Source: Adineta vaga
Taxonomy: Eukaryota; Animalia; Rotifera
Reading direction: 5' to 3'
Length of the DNA stretch: 64,000 nt
Assembly: GCA_021613535.1 (NCBI GenBank)
Contig: CP075492.1
Location: forward strand, 7,998,001 to 8,062,000
The position numbers and the translations under genes were made by a program. The notes under the pieces are model-generated. The model was not told the DNA's origin. It searched no databases and was given only the letters and a program-made list of their open reading frames with translations. Position 1 is the first letter of the stretch; each line of letters starts with the position of its first letter. This document shows, piece after piece, positions 23,301 through 34,694 of this stretch.

Positions 23301-26300
23301 TTTCTAGATATTCTTCCATAGCTGGACCAATTAATAAAAATAGAAATCGAAGCGGGATGGGAACTTCAGTTATATCATCTAGATATAAAAACAAAATGAC
23401 AGTTTTTTAAGACGAAGAAGAAAAACGATCATTTTTACCAATCAGTTGACCATGTGAAAGTCGAACAAATGCCATAATTGGTCGAGTTAAACTTCTCACA
23501 CTACCAATAAGTACTTCAGCACATTCAGCATTTTCCGAAACACATCGCATAACATCAGACTAGAATTAAACAAAACAAAAAAACATAACCTATATTTCAA
23601 ATTACATATATGAATCGTCTCAAGAGATACGAAAATTGATTACAATCAAAAATTGTTTGAATTTATGAACATTTTTAATATATAATTAGTCTCCTGAGAG
23701 ATTATTGATTTCATATTAGAAAATTTGAATTTAGTTAATGTCGATTATTGACACAAAATCTGTTCGATATTTATATATTCGACTTCAAATAAAATTAATT
23801 TGCCGGCAAAAAAACATCATATCATCATCATGTTGTCTAGGGTTGACGACGCATAAAATTGTCAGAAGAACTCAAATCATTCATCACTCAAAAATCTTTC
23901 ATTTAGTTCTCTTTCGAGATTTATTTACTTTATATGAATCACGATTTTTCTTCGATGAGCTTTGAGATGTTCGTTGCATAGAAACACCTTGTGTAACAGA
24001 TAGACGATGCATTTGATTGACACTATCATTACTATTATAATCCGTATTCGAATCAATATGATCCAATGAACATTTGTTTGGTTGTAGATCAGGTGCAATC
24101 GTTTCTTCAGTGTTATCATACTAGAAACGAGAGATGAAATGATGAAATTTAAGAGAAGTAATAACCAACTTTGACGACAAGACTTCGAAGATTTTTATTC
24201 AGGTCACCATTGATTTTCGAATCTAGGAGACTCATACGTCGATTATTTGTATCAAGATTACTTTGTTCATTTTTACGAAATGCTAAACTTGCTCGACGGC
24301 CAGATGTTGTTGGAGGACAATCAACAGTTGATGATCGACGACGATAAGAACGTGCTTCAGGATGTCTAAAAATTTTCATTGAATTCAAATCATTCATTGA
24401 ATAAAAGAATTCCATTCATTCATACTTATGAACGCTTGTTAAACGACGAAGAATTTCATCTTTTACATCTTTATTCATTTGTCCATTAGCAATTGCATCG
24501 TTAAGAATTGCTTCGTATATACACTCAAGTTTTTCTTCTTCAAGGTCAAGTAATACAATGCCTATAATAGAGAAAATAGAACAAAGAATCAAACTTTAAA
24601 ACATAGAATAATTAGTGTTAAATACAGACAATTTCCACCATTTCTTATTCTCCAGAGAAATCCAATCAATTAAAATGATGTTATTTTCACAAAATTTTAC
24701 TTCGCTGTAACTTCAAAATCCATAAGGATTATTACAAAAAATATGGATGCGATGTAGCTATTTTAAGATACACGCTATCTTGTTAATAAAGAGTACTAAC
24801 ATTTTAATCATCTTCTCAGTTGACAATTCATCAAACAAATGAAAACTTCGAGCACATACACACAATCTACTTACCATATTGTAATCCTCGACGTAATTCA
24901 AGTAAACTATGAAAATTCAAACAACCAATACGTGGAGCTAAAAAAATGAACAAATGAATAAGATCGAATTAAACCAATCTGATATACCTTGCCAACGTTC
25001 CATTTCAAAATCATAATCTTCTTCATATCGAATCCATCTAATAATTAATATTGAATATAAAAAATTGGATTGATTCATTGAATCCATTTCTTACCTTGCA
25101 CATTCATGCCATTGATATTCATTCGTATCGACTTCTTTTAATTCTTGCAATTCAATAAATAATTCATTTGGTGTATGATCAACTGACTATGAGGATAAAT
25201 GAAAATTATTTATTTCCAAGAACAAGAGAAACATTCTCTTACAGATCTTCCTGTATGTGCTCGTTTATGGCTAGCTCGTTGATTGCTAGCTAATACACTA
25301 AGTCCACGTCGTTTTCCTGTACTAGATAAACTAGTTGAACTCCCAGCTAAAGGCACACCAGGAGGAGATAATGTCGAAGCAGTGGATCGTGATAACAGAA
25401 GTTTTGAAGGTATCGTTGGTGTACCAGGACAAGATATTGGACTATAAAAATCTTTGAAAACAAGAACGAAAACAATTTTGATCTGATTGTATTACAAAAC
25501 GTTCATTCTCATACCTTTCAAACTTATGTTATCCATGTTAACAGGTGATGTTGTGGATGTTTCAACCGTAGATGTTTCAGACTGCATAATTGTTCCCGTT
25601 TCATCATGTGTGACAACAATGAATGGAACAATAGTAGTATTATTATTACTACAGGAATCGTTTCTAAAACTAATGATGATAAGAAAAATATTTTTGCGTT
25701 CTCATATCTCTTAACACAGTCAGTTTGTTAAGATGTGCGTTTTCTTTCTTCTTGCTTTCTCGTCTAATTTGATCATATTCTTGGTAGAATCGATAGGGTG
25801 CACGGATGAATCGGAAACTGAGAATGACACATTAGTAGTAGTAGTAGTATTAGTAGTAGGAAAAGAAAGCAATCGAAGGAAAAAAAAATATAGGTACCAG
25901 CGTGTCGATTAGGTCAATTTAGTTCGAGCAATTGCCGATGTTATTTTTTCAAACAGTAGGAGTATATAAAAAGCTTTTTCTTCTATTTATTCTTTTACAG
26001 TTCAGTACTCTTCGAAAAAAGATGATGATAATGATATGCCTATTGAGAAATGTTCTTGTTTTCTCTCGATCTATCAAACGACAAATCATTGGAACTGAAC
26101 AAGTTTTTTTTTTCAATAATTCTGTTAGTTAACTATAGAAGTCCATAAATATATTGATGATGATGATGACAAGAAAGAGAAAAGAAAAGAAACGAGAGAA
26201 GCGAATGTGAGAGAAAAAACACATCTAACTAGTTTTCTATTTGCTTGTATTGATGATTTGTCATGCAAATTGGTACAAAATTTATTACATCGTTCATTAT

Positions 26301-28326
26301 CATTTCGATAGATGATTAGAAACGAACTATATTCGTCGTTCTAGACGAGAAACGATCGAAGAGAAGAAAAAGAGGAAAAGCGAGACGATCTAGAACTGAA
26401 AGAATCACTGCGCCCTAACAATATGAAATATAGTTTCAAATCAATAATGATTTATTCGGACAATAGATAAATACTTTTAGATAAAAGAGAGAGAGAGAGA
26501 GTAAGAGAGCGAAAGAGAGACACGGAAAAGTTTGATTTCTTTCTTTATATTTCTCTTTTGTATAGTTAATAATAAACTTACATACGTGCGTGCTCGTTTT
26601 TTATTGCTCTAGAAAATTGTCAATAATCCTGGTGAGAAAAAAAACGTAAAGCGAAGAATAATAAATCTTAGTTAAATGAAATGGTTTCCGTATAGTAGTC
26701 GAATGTGATGATTGGACTATCTGGCTTTCTCTATTTAATTATTTCTTTAAAAAAAATATATATATAAAAGGAAATACGAGACACTTCATCGTTATATACA
26801 TATAATAATAATAATCATCATCATCATCACATACGTTCGTTGTCATGTGGACATCTTTATAATGCAAAATGATTGCTTTTCTTTTCTAACTAGACAAATA
26901 AAAATGAAGAAGTGTCTTTAAGTATTCATCTTTTCTCATCATTTATATCTAAGAAAAAGAAAAAATGCAATTAAATATTAGATAAAGGAAATATTCACCT
27001 TCATATATACATTCAATAAAGTTCATTCACAAATAAAAAAAAAGAAGAAAAAGAAAATAAGCAAAGACCTAGGATAGCACTTATATCTCGACTAAATAAT
27101 GACAATTCATTCATTCGGAAATCCTTTCCTATGGATTCAAGCAATTGACAATGTATTTTTTATTTATATATATATATTTCTACTTCTATTTCTATTTCTA
27201 TAGAAGAATCCGAAGAAAGATGAAAGAACGTGTTGTTTTGTGTTGAAAATTCTTTGTAGATAGATTTTTTTATTTCTAAATTCATCATTTCCTTTCATTT
27301 CACTTACTCATTTTGATGATGTTGTGTTGGAGTTGGAGTTAACAATTCAGTTGATATTTCATTATTTGATTGATGTAGATGTAATGGATTGACTAAATAA
27401 CAGGAAATCGAATGAAAAACACACGAAAGTTTTCAATTAAATCGTGAAAACTAAACATACGATTTTCTCTAATCTCGTTCAACATAACAAGAAAAATAGT
27501 TGCCTATTGTTTTTTTTTGTGATCAAGAAAGAATATCATCTATACCATGAATAAAGTATCTTTCCAAGTGAATTGGGAAATTTCTTTACTCAAGAGATAG
27601 AATATATTGTCAATCGGTGGTAGATCATTGTGTCTCTAGGATATATTTCTCTACTAATGATAATTTCTTATTCGTCATGAATAGCTTGAGGATAATTTCC
27701 ACTTGTTTGATGTCAGACAGATTTGTCGATTTCTCAATATACACGCGTGAGAAAACTAATCTTTCATTTTTCGATCATCTCTGTTCTTATGAAAAACAAA
27801 AAGAAAACGTTTCTTACCATTATTGTCACTAATCTTCATGAAATTAAATTCCAATAAATCATTCTTCTTATTATTATCACTAATATTATCAATCTCGTCG
27901 ATATCTTCTTCAATTGTTGCCAAAGGTAATATGAGACTTGTTCCAGTCATATCATTACTTCCATTACGATCCATCAATGACTGATTACAAATGCTCGTGC
28001 ATAGAACAGAAAAAAGGAAGAGATGTTTAGATTATTACCTCTATGTAAAAAATAGATCGTTATTATCAAAAGATTCTATTAGAAGAGGGAAAAAGGTGGA
28101 GTAAAACATGAATACAAATCTGTCAAAAGAAAATTATCAATAGTCATTCAGGCGCATATTTATGGACATTGATGAAATAAAAAAAAAAGAAAGGAACAAC
28201 TTCTACCTGTAAGGATATGCTCGTTGTCATCATAACTTTTCTTAGTTCTTTTGCAGCTGAAAACGCGTTCACTTGCCTCATGGGTATGTTGATGAATATG
28301 TTCGACACTTCTCGCCTCATCATCAT
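20323..28326 (-). CDS. SLC4: SLC4 bicarbonate transporter / anion exchanger (band 3 / AE2-like)
   Basis: RWIRYEED, VPIPLRFLFLLIGP, SIVLPPGDFD, FIACLAPALTFGG, SGQPLMILGPTGP, TRFTEEIFA, LSDFGMTIA, KGTGYHLD, GLPWICAAPVRSIAH and DQRLT motifs. In-frame 5' exons at 28207-28326, 27818-27980 and about 27309-27392 splice onto the exon ending near 25663. The start (28326 or 27974) is uncertain. Confidence 0.93.
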
Positions 28327-28991
28327 TGTGTCCAATAAGAAGAACACTTTAGTGAAAAGAAGAAAAAATGTTCTTTCTTAATATTTGTTGTTGTTGATGA
28401 TGTTTGCATTCACTTTTTTCCTCTTTACTTATTACATTAATCTATTTTGTTTTAAGTATTATTCAACTAGAGAGATTGAAGAATCATCCAGATCTGCAGA
28501 TTAAAAAAGTACGGATCAGAAGTGTTATGTTTTATTTTTATTCTAAATCATCCGACTAGAATATCATTCATAAAACTACTCGAAGTCAAACCAACATACA
28601 ACATATATCTTGAAGAAAAAATCTTCATCTGATGGATTTTCTTATGACAGTTAATCAACTTCACATGGAAAAAAGAATTATTCTATTTTCCTAGTAGAAC
28701 AAGAACTTCCTTTTCTGTTAACGATATTTTCCATAGAAATCTCAATTTATATTAACTTTAACAAAGACAAAAAAAAAGAAAACAATTTCCTGTTCATTTT
28801 TGTTCTTTAGTTTTGACTGATAGAAAATAATATCCGTCTATACTGGTCTCTATTAAGTTGGACTAAGAAGATTAAACTTCTTATTTTGATTAAGATAAAA
28901 ATAATACATCTACGTGTTTGTTTTCTTTTTATTTCATATTCTTATGATGACATTTGACAAAGAAACAAATAACGATTATTTTTTTTTCTCC

Positions 28992-29246
28992 TTAAAAGTC
29001 AATTAAACGTTTACGATTTTGTCGTGCAATAAACGAATAACCATATGGTAAACTTTCTTCAGGAGTATCATCGTTAAATATATTGGCCAATTCATGTCGT
29101 TGTAAATAACCAAAGTCACGTTTTAATCGAAAATTCAATGGATGATGATTAATTTTTAAGTCAGTTGATGATGCTGATGGATAAGCATCCATACATTGAC
29201 TAGTAATTAATAGAACGACGAGTAATGGAATTGTAGATGCAATCAT
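28992..29246 (-). CDS. Small secreted neuropeptide-like precursor (84 aa, single exon)
   Basis: Signal peptide (MIASTIPLLVVLLITSQCMDA), dibasic sites RLKR and RKR; TATATAA about 45 nt upstream of the ATG. Confidence 0.72.
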   Translation of the reverse strand: MIASTIPLLVVLLITSQCMDAYPSASSTDLKINHHPLNFRLKRDFGYLQRHELANIFNDDTPEESLPYGYSFIARQNRKRLIDF

Positions 29247-29589
29247 GATGAGTTATAGTATGATCACTTGATGACAACAATCGCAAATGTTATATAGATG
29301 AACAAATGCTCGATGTTCATTTTTATTTATTCATCAAGTTTATTTACGGTTCTATAAATTAATTCGAAATTTGAGTATGATTAATCATTAGAAAATACTA
29401 CTACGTAATTCATTTCGAGACAATGAAATTTGTTTAATTTTTTAACGAGATTTTCTTATTGTATTGAAGTTTATCGATTAACTATTATGAATGATGATCG
29501 ATTTTAAAGAAAAGAAAAAGAAAAGTAAATGAATTCATTTCAAGATTTTCTGTTTTGATATATTATGATTTATCGAAATAGAAATGAAT

Positions 29590-29597
29590 TGACGTCA
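29590..29597. promoter_or_regulatory. Perfect CRE palindrome upstream of the neuropeptide-like gene
   Basis: TGACGTCA about 345 bp upstream of the ATG. Confidence 0.4.
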
Positions 29598-30906
29598 TAA
29601 CTGAAAATATAATACTGTTGACAATAAAGAAAACTCGAATTACATAGCAATATAATTATATCTCTTTGATTAACTTGATTAATTAAGAGATGATATATGA
29701 TAAATCTCAACCTATATTGTCGTTCTCATTTTCTCAAATGACTGTCAACAAAAAGAATTGACCTTCCGAATTGTATCATATTTAGATGAGAAAAATTGTA
29801 CTTCAATATCGATATTTGAATCAGAATAGAGCCAGCGTTTCTTCAGATATTAATTTTAGATGTATTAACAAATGTTAAATATACCTGAAAAGACAACTGT
29901 CATGTCAATGATCATCTATAAATGTAGATTTAGTTTTAAGAATCATCAATGTCTATGTAAATATAACCTACTTCACCGTTGTCTGATTCTAATGTTTAAT
30001 GAAGTAAATCTCCGACAAGTTTACATTTCAGACAACTAGGTACTTGAGTTATTCAATAATAATAATACAGGGAATTTCAACATTTATTCATAGAAGGTCA
30101 CCTATAATTTGTACCTTCATTTCAATTCACTAACAGATAAAAAGACTTTGATCTTTGTCAACAAGTGGACTTTTGTTTTTACAATACAATCAACATCACC
30201 TGGATCTTCATCGTAAATAATACCGATGAGCATGTCTAAGCTGTGATCAAGAGAATTAATTTACACCTCACAGCATGTACGATGGATTACATGGATAAAT
30301 ACACTTTCATGAGAGTATTTTTATAAAATTGTTCTTAGAAATCACGAGTACTACTGATTCGTCATTGAAATACTCATCTATTCTCGTCAATGAGAAAACA
30401 GAGACTTTCTATATGTACATACTTTATTTATTTATTTATTTTCTTTGCAAATCAAATAGAAAATTCAGTTAACGTAGAAATTCAATTAAAATTGATACTA
30501 TAAATAGATTTTCATGTCCAGATGATACAACTGTAGATTTTCTAAAATAACGATCGATGTGAAGAAATGAAAACTATCATCAAAATTCTTAAGAGATATG
30601 ATTTAATTTACTCTTTTAGTTGAATAGAATCATAAGTAGATTGTGAGCTGATTTATATCAAGTCTTGTCCTCTTACATGTATCGCTAAAATCATTCATAC
30701 TTAAACAATATTTACATGCAGATTATGGTGATGATGCTGTTTTCCTAACGAAAAGTTAGGAATCTTTAATGGATCATTAATCAATAGATATTTGTTATAT
30801 TTATCGAGTTTATTTACTGTTCTATGATTCGTCGAGAAATTTGAGAATGCATGAATATAGAAAACAAGAAAGACACTTTGATATTTGAGTTGATAAAAAA
30901 AATCAT

Positions 30907-31536
30907 TTAATCCTCATCGGCAGTCGTTGTTGCATTGGATTTTTTTGATCGACTATCAAGAATAATTGTTACTGGACCATCATTTTCTACAATATAAAGA
31001 AATTTAATGCATTATCTTTAGCGAGATCAGATAACTTAATGAAAATGGACATAAACTTAATCATTTCAGAGTTTTAGATACATATAGTCGATCGTTTGAA
31101 GTTACTTATACTTGCAGATAAACATACCGATATTCACATTCATCATTGCTCCAAATTGTCCATCGAAAATTCTTTCCGATTTATAACTTTGTTTCAATTG
31201 ACTTAACAATTTTTCATAGACTACTTTCGATTGTTCACCTGACATGGACAAATGAAAATCTGGTTTTGTTCCTTTTAATGTCGCATGCAAAGTAAATTGA
31301 CTGACACACAAGAGACTTCCATCTATCTCAACAACATTTCGACTCCAATTTTTATTTCCATCAATAGATGGCCACAATCGAATTGAAAGTAATTTTTTCA
31401 CAATATAATCAATATCACTTGGTTCATCATCATGAGTAATGCCGATGAGTACGCATAGACCGCGGTCAATTGAACTAATCAAATCATCACCTACTCGAAC
31501 ACTCGCGCGAAGAACACGTTGGATCACAGCACGCAT
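30907..31536 (-). CDS. DTD1: D-aminoacyl-tRNA deacylase 1
   Basis: MRAVIQRV start, LCVSQFTL, KGTKPDFH, GQFGAMMNVNI|ENDGPVT (Gly-cisPro motif); 2 exons. Confidence 0.95.
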
Positions 31537-31705
31537 ATTTATCTGAATTTGAGAACAAATTAAATAATATATATTTTGATGAATTAACACATGAAGCTAA
31601 AACACATTGTATGACATTGACCCGAATAAAGGGAAAAGATTCTTAAATAAATTTACGACAAAACAAAACGACAAAAAAAAAGCAAAAATAAAGAAATCTG
31701 ACATT

Positions 31706-33426
31706 TTATGCGTAGTCACGCGGTGCATAGCGTTGTTGTTGATGAATAGAATGTGCCGGATTTGTTGCTGAACTATCTCTCTAGAAGAAGAAAAAAAGAA
31801 AAAAAGCTATAATCGGATCTGTTAATTACGTAGACAATAACCTACTACACGATTAGAATAATTGCCATTGTCATCGGGATAATATCTTATCATTTCCTGA
31901 GGATTATTATTGTTTGCACCAGTTATTGTCATCGGTATAGTATTGTCTTGATTGACTACTGCTCGTAAATTGAGAAAGCTCGGTGGTAATGGACCACATA
32001 AAGTAGCGAAACAATTTAATAATCCATTGCCTCGAGAGAATGGATTAATTTGATTTTCTCCATGATGAGATGTACTCCAGGAGTCTTTAATCTAAATGTG
32101 AATAACAAGATTTTTCATTTTGATTCTACTAAGATTAAATAGATAAATACATACATCTTCATTTGTTGTTATACTGCGACAAATCAAATATGTATGATAA
32201 CTCCAGAGACCAATAATGGACCAAATGGAAAAGAAACAGATGAGTGCTTCGACCATTGTTGCTGGTGTTTCACGAATAGCATCAGCAACTGTAGAATTAC
32301 TTTGTGAGCCTATTTATAATCATAAAGAATGACATTTATCTAACTTTTCTTTCTCTAGTCATTAATTCTATAAAATATAGAATGAAACTAAGAAAAGATC
32401 GTTCCAATGGTTGTATTTTAATCAGAATAATCTAATTAAAAAGAATTCCCTCGAGTAGTGACATTGATACGAACCGCTTCCTCTATGAAAAGACGATCTA
32501 ATTGATCAAGTGGTAAGCAAGAATTCGAGTGAAACTCATATAAGTTCATCAATAATGATTTGCATAAAAACTTACGTAAAGCAATATTCACAATGTTAAA
32601 AACAAAGATATAAGTACAAAGCAGTGATAATGATAATAGAAAGAAATAAAAATATCGATAATTTCTTAGACCAACACAATTTCCAACCCATGGACTGAAA
32701 AATAATACATAAAATAGATTATCCAATTTGAAAAAAAGAAAATATTTACCAATGATGATCAAAATTCGCTAAAAAACCATAAAAGAAAATGAAAATATGG
32801 TGATTTTATCTTTCATCTTCTTACCAATGCATGCATTACAAAATGAACAATGCGATACTCTTGGTGGTCGAAAGAGTTTACATGTTTGACAAAATTTCAA
32901 TTGTAGAATATGTCCACTACGCATTTGAAGTTCCATAATTCGACCAGAGAGAGCAACAGTTTGTGAATTATCTAAAATAGACAATGATCTTTAGAAAATT
33001 TCATAGATAAATTCATGATTTTGAACCTATTTTTTCCAGATAAAGTAATTCATCAGGTGTTGCACGAGGAAGAATTCCTGGATCTGTACAAGCCGTTCGT
33101 AAAATGCAACAAATAACTGAGAGAAACAAAATAGCTGCAAAAACTGGTATTGCCGGACTAAGTTCTTTGGTTAAGTAAGGACAACTAAAATGTAAATCGA
33201 CATGATAAAACATTTATAATCTAGGTATCTTACTCAAAAGCAAAGAAAAGACCAGATGTAACAATGATTAACAGAAGTGCGAGTATAAATATACCAATAT
33301 TTTGACCGGTAACACAACGTCCATTACAAAACACACGATTTCGACTTTCGATAAACTAAGAATAAATAAATAACAACAATATGAAAGTTTCTCAAATAAA
33401 TAACAAACCTGCCACTTTCTAACCAT
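31706..33426 (-). CDS. DHHC palmitoyltransferase, ZDHHC9/14/18 (Erf2) group
   Basis: MVRKWQ|[47 protein letters not shown]|ANFDHHC|[22 protein letters not shown] and NPFSRG. Confidence 0.92.
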
Positions 33427-34051
33427 GCTAATTAATGACTGTTAAATTATTCTCATATTTAATTAAATGTAAAATAAATAGATATATGATATCTAATAAA
33501 CATTCGTCTATTCTATCATAATAAATAGAGAGATGTTGAAAAGATGGTCTGAACGTAGGGAGAAGAGATAGGAATAACGATAACGCTACTGTCGATCTTA
33601 CTTAACTGTTGGCATGTAACGCTAAAATACAACGACCTCTTCTCTCTTCTCTAGGATTAGCTCTTTTGACGTGAGAAAACAGCCGTTTCCTTTTCCGTTT
33701 TTACACATACGTAATAATAGGAGCACATAAAAAAATTCCTTTCTTTCTTTCATTACGTAAAAATTCATCCTTAATTCAATGTTATTTCATACAACAAGAC
33801 AAATGACTAGTATCTGGTTTATTTTAAACTGTCCGAACTTTAACGTATCTAATTTAGTAATGCAATCGTGTTAAGTGATGGATTCATTGAACATGTATTA
33901 ACTGAAAATAATATTCTGATGAGTTCATAGATTCCTAGTAGTTATTATCTCTTGACATGTCTGTAATAAGAATGAAAAAAAAAGACAGAAATCAACAGAT
34001 CATCTTTGAAATTCCTATTTATTTTCATAACAAGAGAAAAAAACAACAATT

Positions 34052-34590
34052 TTAACTTGTTTCCATATCTTTAAAATTTTTCACACTTTCTTCATATTTT
34101 TCTAATACAATTGAACACATTTGTTTTAAATCTACGAGACCTTGACGAAATATATCGAGAGCTGGTACTGCTGTTGAATCTTCATTGATTTTTGATTGAA
34201 TTCGAAAATTAATTTTCGATTCAGATGGATGTGGTATTGTATATCCACAAAAATCTACAGCTGGATTTTTCATAATAATATATCGAAGTGAATTACCTAA
34301 TGTATGATCTTCATCGCGAATAATAAATGAAAGATTTGGTGCACCAACAGTTGATTTGGCATTGGTACTATCATCAACTGGGCAAACTTGTAATTTTACA
34401 TAATCATTCGATTGCATCTAAAATAGAAATGGGAACATAAAAACTATTTGCACAATCTCTAGAGATTTAGAACTTAGAACAATCACTGTCATATCTGATT
34501 GAGAATTATTCTTTGGTGATGTATTATTGGATGTCTTAGATATAAGATAGTGTGAGAAAAAAAGTCTACTTCAATCTTTTCAATCATCAT
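34052..34590 (-). CDS. POLR1D: RNA polymerase I/III subunit RPAC2 (AC19)
   Basis: FIIRDEDHTLGNSLRYIIMKNPAVDFCGYTIPHPSESKINFRIQ. Two small in-frame 5' exons (MMIEKIE | TSNNTSPKNNSQSDMT) are inferred from splice sites. Confidence 0.92.
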
Positions 34591-34694
34591 CTAAGAATAG
34601 AAAAGGAAGATTGTAACATTGTTTCTTTTGTTCTATAACTATGATTTTATTCAGTAAGAACGGAGAAAATAATAAAATATAGACTGCAGTTTAA

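Noticed and set aside
25720-25870. Possible SLC4 first exon with a GC donor
   Set aside because: Its phase is incompatible with the next exon; the upstream exons at 27.3-28.3 kb fit properly.
26480-26525. (AG)n and similar (TA)n/(CAT)n microsatellites
   Set aside because: Ordinary short simple repeats with no sign of special function.
32398-32408. 11-nt identity to U6 snRNA (ATTGGAACGAT, minus strand)
   Set aside because: Flanks do not match U6 (no ACAGAGA box) and the orientation is sense, not guide; probably chance.
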